64,000 nucleotides of DNA from an uncultured Dehalococcoidia bacterium (GTDB lineage: Bacteria; Chloroflexota; Dehalococcoidia; GIF9; UBA5629). How positions within the stretch are numbered: position 1 is the first letter of the stretch; each line of letters begins with the position of its first letter. This document shows positions 56,208 to 64,000 of the stretch, in pieces. Where the stretch lies: the NCBI GenBank assembly GCA_937975645.1, contig CALJTV010000009.1:24850-88849 (forward strand). Direction: 5' to 3'. The position numbers were made by a program, and so were the translations under genes. The notes beneath the pieces are model-generated. The model was not told the DNA's origin and did not search any database. It saw nothing but the letters and a program-made list of their open reading frames with translations.

Positions 56208-57168
56208 TGTTGCCTCCGTATTGCGTCTTTTCCAACACATCTGCCAGTCGGACTAGGTCTTCAAGGTTGCTGATATTGTATATTTGTGCAGAGGGGTCTA
56301 TGCGTCTCAGCAGTCCGGCGAGCACCTCACCTGGACCTATCTCGAAAAACAGGGTGGTACCGGCGTGCAATATGGTTCTGATGCAGTCAAGCCACCGTAC
56401 GCACTGTGTAAGCTGCTCTAATAGTTCTTGTCTTATTTCCGTTGCCCTAGTGAGTATTTTCCCGCTGGTGTTAGCCACTAGGGGGACTATAGGGTCATTT
56501 ATAGTAGTCTCCTGTATAGCGCGTTTTAGCCCTTCCGCCGCTCTAGTCATAAGCTTCGAGTGGAAAGCGCCGCTCACTTTAAGCGGGATCACCCGCCGGG
56601 CACCCATCGCTATAGCTAGTTCCTTGGCTTTAACTAATTTCTCCTCTGCCCCACTGATGACGATTTGTTCCGGGGAGTTGATGTTGGAAATTTCCACATC
56701 AGCAGCCTGGCAGACCTCCCTTACCGCCTGCTCGTCAAGGCTAAGTATTGCTAGCATTCCTCCAGGATATTGCTTACTGGCTTCATTCATCAGTTGTCCC
56801 CGCACCCGGACAAGACGCAAGGCGTCAGCGAAGCTGATCGAGCCGGCGGCAACCAAAGCAGTATATTCACCCAGGCTATGTCCGGAGACAAAGGCTGGCT
56901 GTAGTAGGGCCGTGCCGTACATTTCTTGGGTGGCTTTAAGGCAGGCGACGCTGACGGTCAATACTGCTGGCTGGACATTCTGCGTCTGAATAAGTTCGTC
57001 TTCAGGACCTTCAAAACACAGGCGGGACAATGGCAGACCAAGTATCTGGTCAGCTTCATCGAAGACCTCTCTAGCGGAGTCGCAGTTGAGCCAGAGGTCC
57101 TTTCCCATACCGACCCTTTGCGAACCCTGTCCAGGAAACAGGAAGGCCACCTTTGTGCTCAATCTCAT
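56197..57168 (-). CDS. fabD: Malonyl-CoA:ACP transacylase
   Basis: FPGQGSQ, GHSLGEY, SGAFHS, EIGPG. Confidence 0.95.
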   Translation of the reverse strand: MRLSTKVAFLFPGQGSQRVGMGKDLWLNCDSAREVFDEADQILGLPLSRLCFEGPEDELIQTQNVQPAVLTVSVACLKATQEMYGTALLQPAFVSGHSLGEYTALVAAGSISFADALRLVRVRGQLMNEASKQYPGGMLAILSLDEQAVREVCQAADVEISNINSPEQIVISGAEEKLVKAKELAIAMGARRVIPLKVSGAFHSKLMTRAAEGLKRAIQETTINDPIVPLVANTSGKILTRATEIRQELLEQLTQCVRWLDCIRTILHAGTTLFFEIGPGEVLAGLLRRIDPSAQIYNISNLEDLVRLADVLEKTQYGGNSGH

Positions 57169-57171
57169 TTT

Positions 57172-58125
57172 CTAGCCTTCAGTCTTGAACCTGTACAGGC
57201 TCTTGATGATTTCTTCAGCTTCGGTCATTATAGACTCGATGATCTCTTTAACAGGTTTTATATCTTTTATCAGTCCGGCTATCTGTCCTGCCATGAGTGA
57301 GCCCTCCTCCACATTACCATCGATGATGCCTAATTTTAGCCTGCCTCTGCCAAATGCCTCCAGCTCCTCTACAGATACTCCGGCTTTCTCGCGTGCTCTG
57401 AACTCTCTGGTCAGTCTGTTTTCCAGACAGCGGACAGGGTGCCCGGTTGATTCGCCGGTGACCACAGTAGACCGGTCGGTTGCTTGGATGATCTGTTCCT
57501 TGAACTTGGGGTGAGCGATACATTCCTCGGAGCAGATGAAACGCGTTCCCATCTGGACACCCTGGGCACCCAGGGCAAGCGCTGCTACTAGACCATGCCC
57601 GTCGGCTATCCCACCAGCCGCGATGACCGGCAATTTCACGCTCTGTACTACCTGGGGCACCAAAGCCATAGTGGTCGTCTCGCCAATGTGCCCACCTGAC
57701 TCCATGCCTTCGGCGATTATGGCATCTGCTCCTACCCTTTCCAGACGTCGTGCCAGTGCCACACTGGAGACCACAGGCAGTGTTTTGGTTCGAGCTTCTT
57801 TCAGTGTGGGGATATATGGTCCGGGGTTACCGCCACCGAAGGTGACGATTTTCACCCCTTCCTCAATCACCACTTGGAGGTTTTCCTTCACAAACGGTGA
57901 CATCAACATAATGTTGACGCCGAAGGGGTGGTCTGTCCGCTCTCGAGTGGCCCTGATCTGCTCTCTCAGCCACTCAGGGGGTGCATCCCCACTGCCGATC
58001 ACCCCCAAGCCGCCAGCGTTGGATACCGCTGACACCAGTTCAAAGGTCCCTAGCCATGCCATCCCGCCTTGAATGATTGGATATTTGATGTCCAGCAACT
58101 CGCAGATGGCGAAGTTAGCTAACAT
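57172..58125 (-). CDS. fabK: Enoyl-ACP reductase II
   Basis: PIIQGGMAW, PFGVN, EGMESGGHIG, IAAGGI.DG, QMGTRF, MAGQIAG. Confidence 0.92.
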   Translation of the reverse strand: MLANFAICELLDIKYPIIQGGMAWLGTFELVSAVSNAGGLGVIGSGDAPPEWLREQIRATRERTDHPFGVNIMLMSPFVKENLQVVIEEGVKIVTFGGGNPGPYIPTLKEARTKTLPVVSSVALARRLERVGADAIIAEGMESGGHIGETTTMALVPQVVQSVKLPVIAAGGIADGHGLVAALALGAQGVQMGTRFICSEECIAHPKFKEQIIQATDRSTVVTGESTGHPVRCLENRLTREFRAREKAGVSVEELEAFGRGRLKLGIIDGNVEEGSLMAGQIAGLIKDIKPVKEIIESIMTEAEEIIKSLYRFKTEG

Positions 58126-58207
58126 CGGTAACCTCCCTCAGGGCAGACCTTGGTCATTTCTACTGGACATTGTTCCAACGGGGCCTGCCCCAGTTTACTT
58201 ATCGCTG

Positions 58208-59440
58208 TCATGGTTCGAACCTACTTATTGCTAGGACAGAGTTATGTCCTCCGAACCCGAAAGAGTTGGACAGGGCAAGCCGCACATTTTTCTCCCTTGC
58301 CTTTCTGGGCACATAGTCCAGGTCGCATTCAGCGTCTGGGTATTCGAGGTTTATAGTCGGTGGGATTATGCCTTCGGCTATCACTTTACAGCAGATGATG
58401 GCTTCTACCGCACCGGCGGCGCCAAGCATGTGCCCTACCATCGATTTTGTTGAGCTCACAGGTATTTCATAAGCCTTTTTGCCGAAGACCTTCTTAATTG
58501 CCCTAGTCTCGGTGACGTCGTTCAACGGCGTTGATGTGCCATGGGCGTTTATGTAGTCAACGTGGTCGCAGTCCAGCCCCGCCAGCGAAAGCCTTATTGC
58601 TCTGGCAGCCGCCTCTGCATCTTCAGCAGGCTGTGTTATGTGGAAAGCATCCGATGTGGCACCGTAGCCAACTATTTCAGCGAGTATAGGGGCGCGCCTT
58701 GCCAGTGCGTATTGCAAGCTTTCTAGCACTATGATCCCAGCGCCTTCTCCAATGACGAAACCATCGCGCTTGGCATCAAATGGCCTTGACGCCTTTGCCG
58801 GGTCGGGGTTTTTTGACAATGCGCCAGCTTGGGCGAAACCGGCGATACCGATAGGGGTTATCGTGGCGTCTGTCCCACCTGCGATCATCACTTTGTAAGC
58901 ACCGCATCTGATTAGCTGGTAGGCCAGTCCTATAGCGTCGGCACCGGTAGAACAAGCGGTGGCCAGGCTGAAATTGACCCCCTTGATTCCAGAGATGATC
59001 GATAGACGGCTTGGAGCATTGTCAGCTATCATCATGGGAATCAGGTAAGGGCTGACCCTGCTTGGACCCCTAGTGTACAGGACCTCCATCTGCCGTGACA
59101 GCGTGGCTAAACCACCGATGCCGCTTCCAATAACGATGCCGATATCGTACCTGTTGTTATCGTCCACTTTGAGTTTGGCATTGTCCATAGCCTGCAGGCT
59201 AGCAGCGACAGCAAAGTGAGTGAACCTGTCAGTGTATTTGGCAGTCGATGGGTCAAGATATTTGAGCGGGTCGAAGTCCTTTACCTCTGCTGCTATCCTG
59301 ACGGGAAAGTTAGTGGCGTCAAACAAGGAGATGTAGCCCACCCCGCAGTTGCCGGTTATCAGGTTTTGCCAGGTGTCCTCAACGTTCGTGCCCAGAGGGG
59401 TGACCGCCCCATACCCGGTTATTACCACTCGGTTCTCCAT
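58208..59440 (-). CDS. fabF: Beta-ketoacyl-ACP synthase II
   Basis: TACSTG, NAHGTST, GHMLGAAG, NSFGFGG (Cys-His-His triad intact). Confidence 0.93.
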   Translation of the reverse strand: MENRVVITGYGAVTPLGTNVEDTWQNLITGNCGVGYISLFDATNFPVRIAAEVKDFDPLKYLDPSTAKYTDRFTHFAVAASLQAMDNAKLKVDDNNRYDIGIVIGSGIGGLATLSRQMEVLYTRGPSRVSPYLIPMMIADNAPSRLSIISGIKGVNFSLATACSTGADAIGLAYQLIRCGAYKVMIAGGTDATITPIGIAGFAQAGALSKNPDPAKASRPFDAKRDGFVIGEGAGIIVLESLQYALARRAPILAEIVGYGATSDAFHITQPAEDAEAAARAIRLSLAGLDCDHVDYINAHGTSTPLNDVTETRAIKKVFGKKAYEIPVSSTKSMVGHMLGAAGAVEAIICCKVIAEGIIPPTINLEYPDAECDLDYVPRKAREKNVRLALSNSFGFGGHNSVLAISRFEP

Positions 59441-59450
59441 ATCGACAGCG

Positions 59451-60710
59451 CTATATTCCCTCTAGCTTTTTTAGTACCAGGACAGCGTTGACGCCGCCGA
59501 AGCCGAAAGAATTGGAGACAACGATGTCCACATTAGCCCTTCGTGCTTTGTTGGGCACGTAGTCAAGATCGCACTCTGGGTCTGGGGTCTCATAGTTAAT
59601 GGTGGGTGGGATCACCCCGTCCCTGATAGTGAGGAGTGAAAAGATAACTTCTACGGCACCGGAACCTCCCCACATGTGTCCTGTCATGGACTTATTGGAG
59701 CTGACCGCCAGTTTTCTAGCGTGGCTAGCGAAGACCTTTTTAATAGCCTTAGTCTCGGCAACGTCATTGAGCACCGTGGAGGTACCGTGTGCGTTTATAT
59801 AGTCTACATCTTCGGGGGCTATGCCAGCGTCTCTGAGTGCCAGGCGTATACATTCCGCTTGACCTTCCCCGTTCGGTGTCGGTGAAGTATAGTGGTAGGC
59901 ATCGCAGTTCCTGGCAAATCCGATGACTTCACCGTATATTTTGGCGCTTCTCCTCAGCGCTGTATCCAATGCTTCTAGTACGACTACCCCACTTCCCTCG
60001 CTGGTTACGAAGCCGTCTCGTTTGGCATCGAAAGGCCGGCTGGCCTTTTCCGGCTCATTGTTCCACCTGGTGGCGAGCGCACCCAGGTTGTCAAGAGAAG
60101 CGATACAGGTGGGTGTGACGCCGGCGTCAGCGCCACCGGCGATGACCATATCAGCCTCTCCGTTCTGGATGAGCCTAAAGGCGATGCCTATGGCACTTGT
60201 CCCTGCGGCACAGGCCTCCATAGGACAATGGTTGGGACCTTTAGCCCCGAACCTGATAGCCACCACTGCTGAGACCATATTTCCCGAGTCGTTGAGCAGG
60301 AAAAACGGTGGTACCTTATTCAATTTTCCCTGTAGCACCAGCCTGTGGGCATTTTCAAAGTATGAGTTGGTGCCACACGCTGTCCCGATCACCACTCCTA
60401 CACGATTTGGGTCATACTGCCCCGGTCTAAACTCAGCATCCTGTAAAGCCATTACAGACGCCGCCATGGCATACTGAATGAATGGGTCGAACCGCTTGAC
60501 AAATTTTTCGTCCATAAAGTCTCTGGCATGGAAGTCCTTAACCTCACCAGCTATTTGGCACCTTAGAGATGAAGCGTCAAAACGAGTGATTGGTCCGATG
60601 CCAGATTTTCCTTTGCAGAGGGCTGACCAGTTACTGTCTACATCTGTACCCAGAGGGGTCACCATCCCCACACCTGTTATGACCACCCGTCGTTTTTCCA
60701 CCTGAGCCAA
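59451..60710 (-). CDS. fabF: Beta-ketoacyl-ACP synthase II paralog
   Basis: EACAAG, NAHGTST, GHMWGGSG, NSFGFGG; triad intact but pocket divergent (GTACGT, FFLLNDSGN). TTG start. Confidence 0.88.
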   Translation of the reverse strand: MAQVEKRRVVITGVGMVTPLGTDVDSNWSALCKGKSGIGPITRFDASSLRCQIAGEVKDFHARDFMDEKFVKRFDPFIQYAMAASVMALQDAEFRPGQYDPNRVGVVIGTACGTNSYFENAHRLVLQGKLNKVPPFFLLNDSGNMVSAVVAIRFGAKGPNHCPMEACAAGTSAIGIAFRLIQNGEADMVIAGGADAGVTPTCIASLDNLGALATRWNNEPEKASRPFDAKRDGFVTSEGSGVVVLEALDTALRRSAKIYGEVIGFARNCDAYHYTSPTPNGEGQAECIRLALRDAGIAPEDVDYINAHGTSTVLNDVAETKAIKKVFASHARKLAVSSNKSMTGHMWGGSGAVEVIFSLLTIRDGVIPPTINYETPDPECDLDYVPNKARRANVDIVVSNSFGFGGVNAVLVLKKLEGI

Positions 60711-60715
60711 CTGAC

Positions 60716-60967
60716 CTAACTCGTTTTCTCTACCTTCAGTTTTGATTCAATCAGTGCCACTATGTCCCCCACAGTGAAAATATCCCCCATCTCCTCGTCC
60801 TGAAGGTAGAGTCCTAGTTCGTCTTCAAGCGCCAGCGCCAGTTCCACCCTGTCCAGGGAGTCGAGGTCCAGGTCTTCCTTCAGCAGGGCAGCTGGGACTA
60901 TCTTGCTTTCGTCAAGCCCCGGTTCCACCTTACAGATTGCTTTTTTGACCAGCTCAAATACATCCAT
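60716..60967 (-). CDS. acpP: Acyl carrier protein
   Basis: DLDLDSLDRVEL phosphopantetheine site; acidic; GGAGGTG RBS. Confidence 0.92.
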   Translation of the reverse strand: MDVFELVKKAICKVEPGLDESKIVPAALLKEDLDLDSLDRVELALALEDELGLYLQDEEMGDIFTVGDIVALIESKLKVEKTS

Positions 60968-61184
60968 TCTTCGCTCACCTCCGGACAGGTCCTGATATGC
61001 GTTTATTTAGCTTATCCTGTTTTTCTTGTGTCCACAAGGCACTTCTGAGCCCGTGCTCCGGTCCGTCTGGCTGTACAAAAGTTGGGGGACTTGCGTCCTT
61101 TGTGCTATGAGAATACAATTTAGGCGGTAAGGGCGTGCATTCTTGTCAATGCTGGTGTAGCTGTCGGGAAACGAGTGGGCATAG

Positions 61185-61856
61185 ATGGACCAGGGAAAGA
61201 TTACTGTTTTGATAGTGGACGACCATCCTCTCATGTGTCAGGCACTCCGCGCTGTCTTGGAAAAGGAGTCTGATATCGAGGTTGTGGGTGAGGTGGGAGA
61301 CGGAGCTAGCGCTTTGGCATTGGCTGAGAAGTTGCGTCCTGATGTGGTGATTATGGATATAAGCCTTCCCGGAATGGACGGTGTCGAGGTGACACGGCAG
61401 CTGAGAATGGTCTCCCCTGATACAGCGGTGCTGGCGCTGACCGTCCATGATGATGACGCCACCATCGCTGAGGTATTACTTGCTGGTGCGCTAGGGTATT
61501 TGACCAAGGGTGTCTTCGATGTAGAAGTAGTGCGGGCAGTGCGCACGGTCGCCGCCGGTGATATGGTGCTGTCACGACCAATCGGCAGGTCGCTGTTGCG
61601 GCATGTACCCCGGTACCGACCGCCCCGTCTGTCCCTGGACTCGGGCGAGGTACTGACACCTAGAGAGCTGGAGGTCCTAAGGTTGGTGGCTTGTGGACTG
61701 CCCAATAGCGATATAGCTACCACCCTGGGCCTGAGCGTAAGGACTGTGAAGGGATACCTGACAGCTATTTTTTCCAAACTGGGAGTGGGCAGCCGTACTG
61801 AGGCGGTGGCTTTTTGTTTGCAGAAGGGCATTATATCGATGGACGATATTCGATGA
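61185..61856 (+). CDS. NarL/LuxR-family response regulator
   Basis: VDDH, DVVIMD, YLTK, LTPRELEVL HTH. Confidence 0.93.
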   Translation: MDQGKITVLIVDDHPLMCQALRAVLEKESDIEVVGEVGDGASALALAEKLRPDVVIMDISLPGMDGVEVTRQLRMVSPDTAVLALTVHDDDATIAEVLLAGALGYLTKGVFDVEVVRAVRTVAAGDMVLSRPIGRSLLRHVPRYRPPRLSLDSGEVLTPRELEVLRLVACGLPNSDIATTLGLSVRTVKGYLTAIFSKLGVGSRTEAVAFCLQKGIISMDDIR

Positions 61857-62965
61857 AGGCGAAAGAACCGCGTATCTGGCTGGCTACAGAGGTTTTCGGT
61901 GACAGGGCGAAGCAGGTGCTGTTGACGCCCCACTTCTGGGGCATTGTCTTCATAATGGCGGGGCTTATCACGCTGTACAATGCCAGCTCGCTGGGAGTGG
62001 AAAGGTGGTTCCCGCTATTCACCGATGTTTTCAAGTTTAGAGGCGTTTACGCATTTGTGCTCAGCTTTCTCTTCTTGTTCCCCATCCTCTATGCTGGCGC
62101 GGTATTTCGCGTCCGTGGTGTTTTCGGTACTTGGGCAGCATCTATTGCAGCCACTTTACCGCAACTATTGAAGGAGGCCCCGGACCTAGCATTCTGGCTC
62201 GGTGTGGGGCTTTTCCATCTGGCTTCTCTACTGCTGGGCTTGCTGGTGGCGCTGGACTACAACCCAGTCTCAACTCGCTCGGTGACAAGGGCCGCGAGGA
62301 CTGTCGGGCGCCTGCCCATAAGCCAGATCGTCAAGGTCCATGAGTACCAACGGAGGCACTTGGCAAGGGAGCTACATGACCGAGTGATCCAGTCGTTGCT
62401 GGTGATTGCTAACCGTATACATGCACTGGAGACTGGTAACCATGGGGAAGTACCTCCGGAGGCTAAAAGGCAGATGGAAGAGGTCTTGGTCATGCTCCTA
62501 CGCACTGTGGATGATATTCGGAGGTTGAGCTACGGGCTTGGTTCCAGGATACTGGACAATGCTGGGTTATTGCCGGCATTGCGCTGGCTAGCTGACCAGG
62601 TGAGCAATCAGAGTGGAGTCAGGGTCGAGGTGAGGGTAAATGGTAGGGAGCACAGGTTGCCGCCGGAGCTGGAACTCGTCCTGTTCCGTGTAGTGCAAGA
62701 GGTATTGCGCAATGTGGTCACTCATTCCAAAGCTTCCCTGGCTGTGGTCACGCTCGACTTTCTTTCCAGCGAGTTCCAGGTGACTGTTGAGGACAATGGC
62801 TGCGGCTTCTCCGTGCCGGAAAGGTTGGGCGACCTGGTATCGCGTGGCAAGTTGGGCTTGGCAAGGATTGAGCAGGAGGTGAGGTTGTTGGGTGGGGTCT
62901 TTGATCTCCGTTCTACCCCTGGCAAAGGGACTGTGGTAAAAATCCAGATAAAAGCCTGGCCCTGA
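61853..62965 (+). CDS. Membrane sensor histidine kinase (HisKA_3)
   Basis: Several TM segments, ARELHD, QE.L.NV..H, EDNGCGF, G.GT; ATGA overlap with the regulator. Confidence 0.92.
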   Translation: MKAKEPRIWLATEVFGDRAKQVLLTPHFWGIVFIMAGLITLYNASSLGVERWFPLFTDVFKFRGVYAFVLSFLFLFPILYAGAVFRVRGVFGTWAASIAATLPQLLKEAPDLAFWLGVGLFHLASLLLGLLVALDYNPVSTRSVTRAARTVGRLPISQIVKVHEYQRRHLARELHDRVIQSLLVIANRIHALETGNHGEVPPEAKRQMEEVLVMLLRTVDDIRRLSYGLGSRILDNAGLLPALRWLADQVSNQSGVRVEVRVNGREHRLPPELELVLFRVVQEVLRNVVTHSKASLAVVTLDFLSSEFQVTVEDNGCGFSVPERLGDLVSRGKLGLARIEQEVRLLGGVFDLRSTPGKGTVVKIQIKAWP

Positions 62966-62975
62966 GCGCTGGGGG

Positions 62976-63875
62976 CTAATGCTCTTCTTTCGGCAAGCAG
63001 ACTTTTCTCCCCACGGTCTTGGCTATTCGCGCCAGCTCTCTGATCAGCAGCACAAGTTCACTTGTTGATATGGTCTGTTTTGCATCGCTTACCGAGTCCG
63101 GCGGTGAATAATGGGTCTCGATGATGACGCCGTCGGCACCACACGCTATGGCTGCCCGGCTCATCGCCGGCACCAAGCGGGCATTACCTGTGCCGTGGCT
63201 AGGGTCAACAATTATGGGTAGATGCGTCATCTCTTTAAGGTAGGGGACGGCGTTCAGGTCGAGCGTGAACCGCAGTTCACTGGGCAGCCCCCGTATACCC
63301 CGTTCGCAGAGTATAACCTGTCTGTTCCCTTCAGCCATTATGTATTCCGCTGCCAATAAGAACTCCTCATAGGTGGCAGACAGCCCTCGCTTGAGCAAAA
63401 TGGGCTTATTAATTTTTCCCACCTCGCGGAGCAGTGGGTAGTTCTGCATGTTTCGGGAGCCTATCTGGAGGCAGTCAGCATACCTTGCTACGAGTTCGAC
63501 ATGGCGTGGGTCGAGCACCTCGGTGACCACCTTCAGTCCCGTTTCCCTTGCTGCTTCCCTAAGGTATTGCAGTCCAGTTTCCCCAAGCCCCTGAAAATCA
63601 TACGGCGAGGTGCGTGGCTTGAAGGCGCCGCCACGCAGCAAGTTGGCACCTGCAGCCTTTACCTCGCGGGCGATGCGCAGTATCTGCTCAGCGCTTTCCA
63701 CAGAGCAGGGACCAGCGATTATTGCTAGCTCCTTGTTGCCCACCTTCACGCCATCTATGTCAACTATTGTCCTAAAGCTCTCACAGTTTCTGGTATGCAG
63801 GTATGCAGTGCCCCTGCTTCTGGTGGCGGTGAGTACCGCCGGTTGTTTTGAGCTGGCATTTTTCTGGGTAATCAT
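62976..63875 (-). CDS. aroF: DAHP synthase, class I-beta
   Basis: AGPCSVES, GGAFKPRTSPY.FQG, IGSRNMQN, LKRG, CERG, DPSH; AGGAGG RBS. Confidence 0.93.
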   Translation of the reverse strand: MITQKNASSKQPAVLTATRSRGTAYLHTRNCESFRTIVDIDGVKVGNKELAIIAGPCSVESAEQILRIAREVKAAGANLLRGGAFKPRTSPYDFQGLGETGLQYLREAARETGLKVVTEVLDPRHVELVARYADCLQIGSRNMQNYPLLREVGKINKPILLKRGLSATYEEFLLAAEYIMAEGNRQVILCERGIRGLPSELRFTLDLNAVPYLKEMTHLPIIVDPSHGTGNARLVPAMSRAAIACGADGVIIETHYSPPDSVSDAKQTISTSELVLLIRELARIAKTVGRKVCLPKEEH

Positions 63876-63892
63876 TTTCCCCTCCTGGGACT

Positions 63893-63927
63893 AAAAACTA
63901 AGGACCCTCCTGCTTAGGAGGGTCCTT
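63893..63927 (-). terminator. Leader terminator upstream of the DAHP synthase
   Basis: Perfect 12-bp stem AAGGACCCTCCT-AAGC-AGGAGGGTCCTT followed by AGTTTTT, about 20 nt before the ATG. Confidence 0.85.
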
Positions 63928-64000
63928 TCGTGCTTCTAGACTATCAGGGTATATTAGGCTGATGCCCTCCCAAGCCCGGGGAAAGGCGGGCTAAACCAGA

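Noticed and set aside
59451..60710. Chain-length factor or type II PKS KS-CLF pair
   Set aside because: Both KS genes keep the catalytic Cys and both His; no cyclase, ketoreductase or tailoring genes are present.

Overview
Dense core-chromosome window of an anaerobic bacterium. The gene repertoire and order suggest Chloroflexota, Dehalococcoidia-like (inference). From left to right: trpE-trpG under a Trp T-box riboswitch, back-to-back with a P3-less Moco/Tuco riboswitch ahead of tungstate transporter tupABC; hypAB, plsX and hspR-clpB; then a ~24 kb plus-strand H2/C1 supercluster. That cluster holds hypF-hypC-(unknown lipoprotein)-hypD-hypE, a Tat-less group-1a-like [NiFe]-hydrogenase with its protease, metV-metF, an atypical NarL-family regulator, and a hybrid Wood-Ljungdahl operon (bacterial-type acsE/acsD/acsC with archaeal-type cdhA/cdhB/cdhC and DUF166). 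The operon also carries a HydC/HydB-like (NuoEF) module with electron-bifurcation signatures but no catalytic HydA/Fdh partner in the window. After it come mutL/pcrA, nucleotide and acyl-CoA genes, queH, an ACT-domain malic enzyme, ychF, and an rpsF-ssb-rpsR-rpmH-rnpA-yidD-(PQQ propeller)-yidC-jag-ileS run (IleRS2 with a GIHH motif). The end has htrA, an acp-fabF-fabF-fabK-fabD-crotonase cluster divergent from a two-component pair, and a DAHP synthase preceded by an apparent leader-peptide attenuator. I saw no rRNA, tRNA, CRISPR array, transposase or prophage genes. All calls come from motif recognition by eye; no database searches were run.
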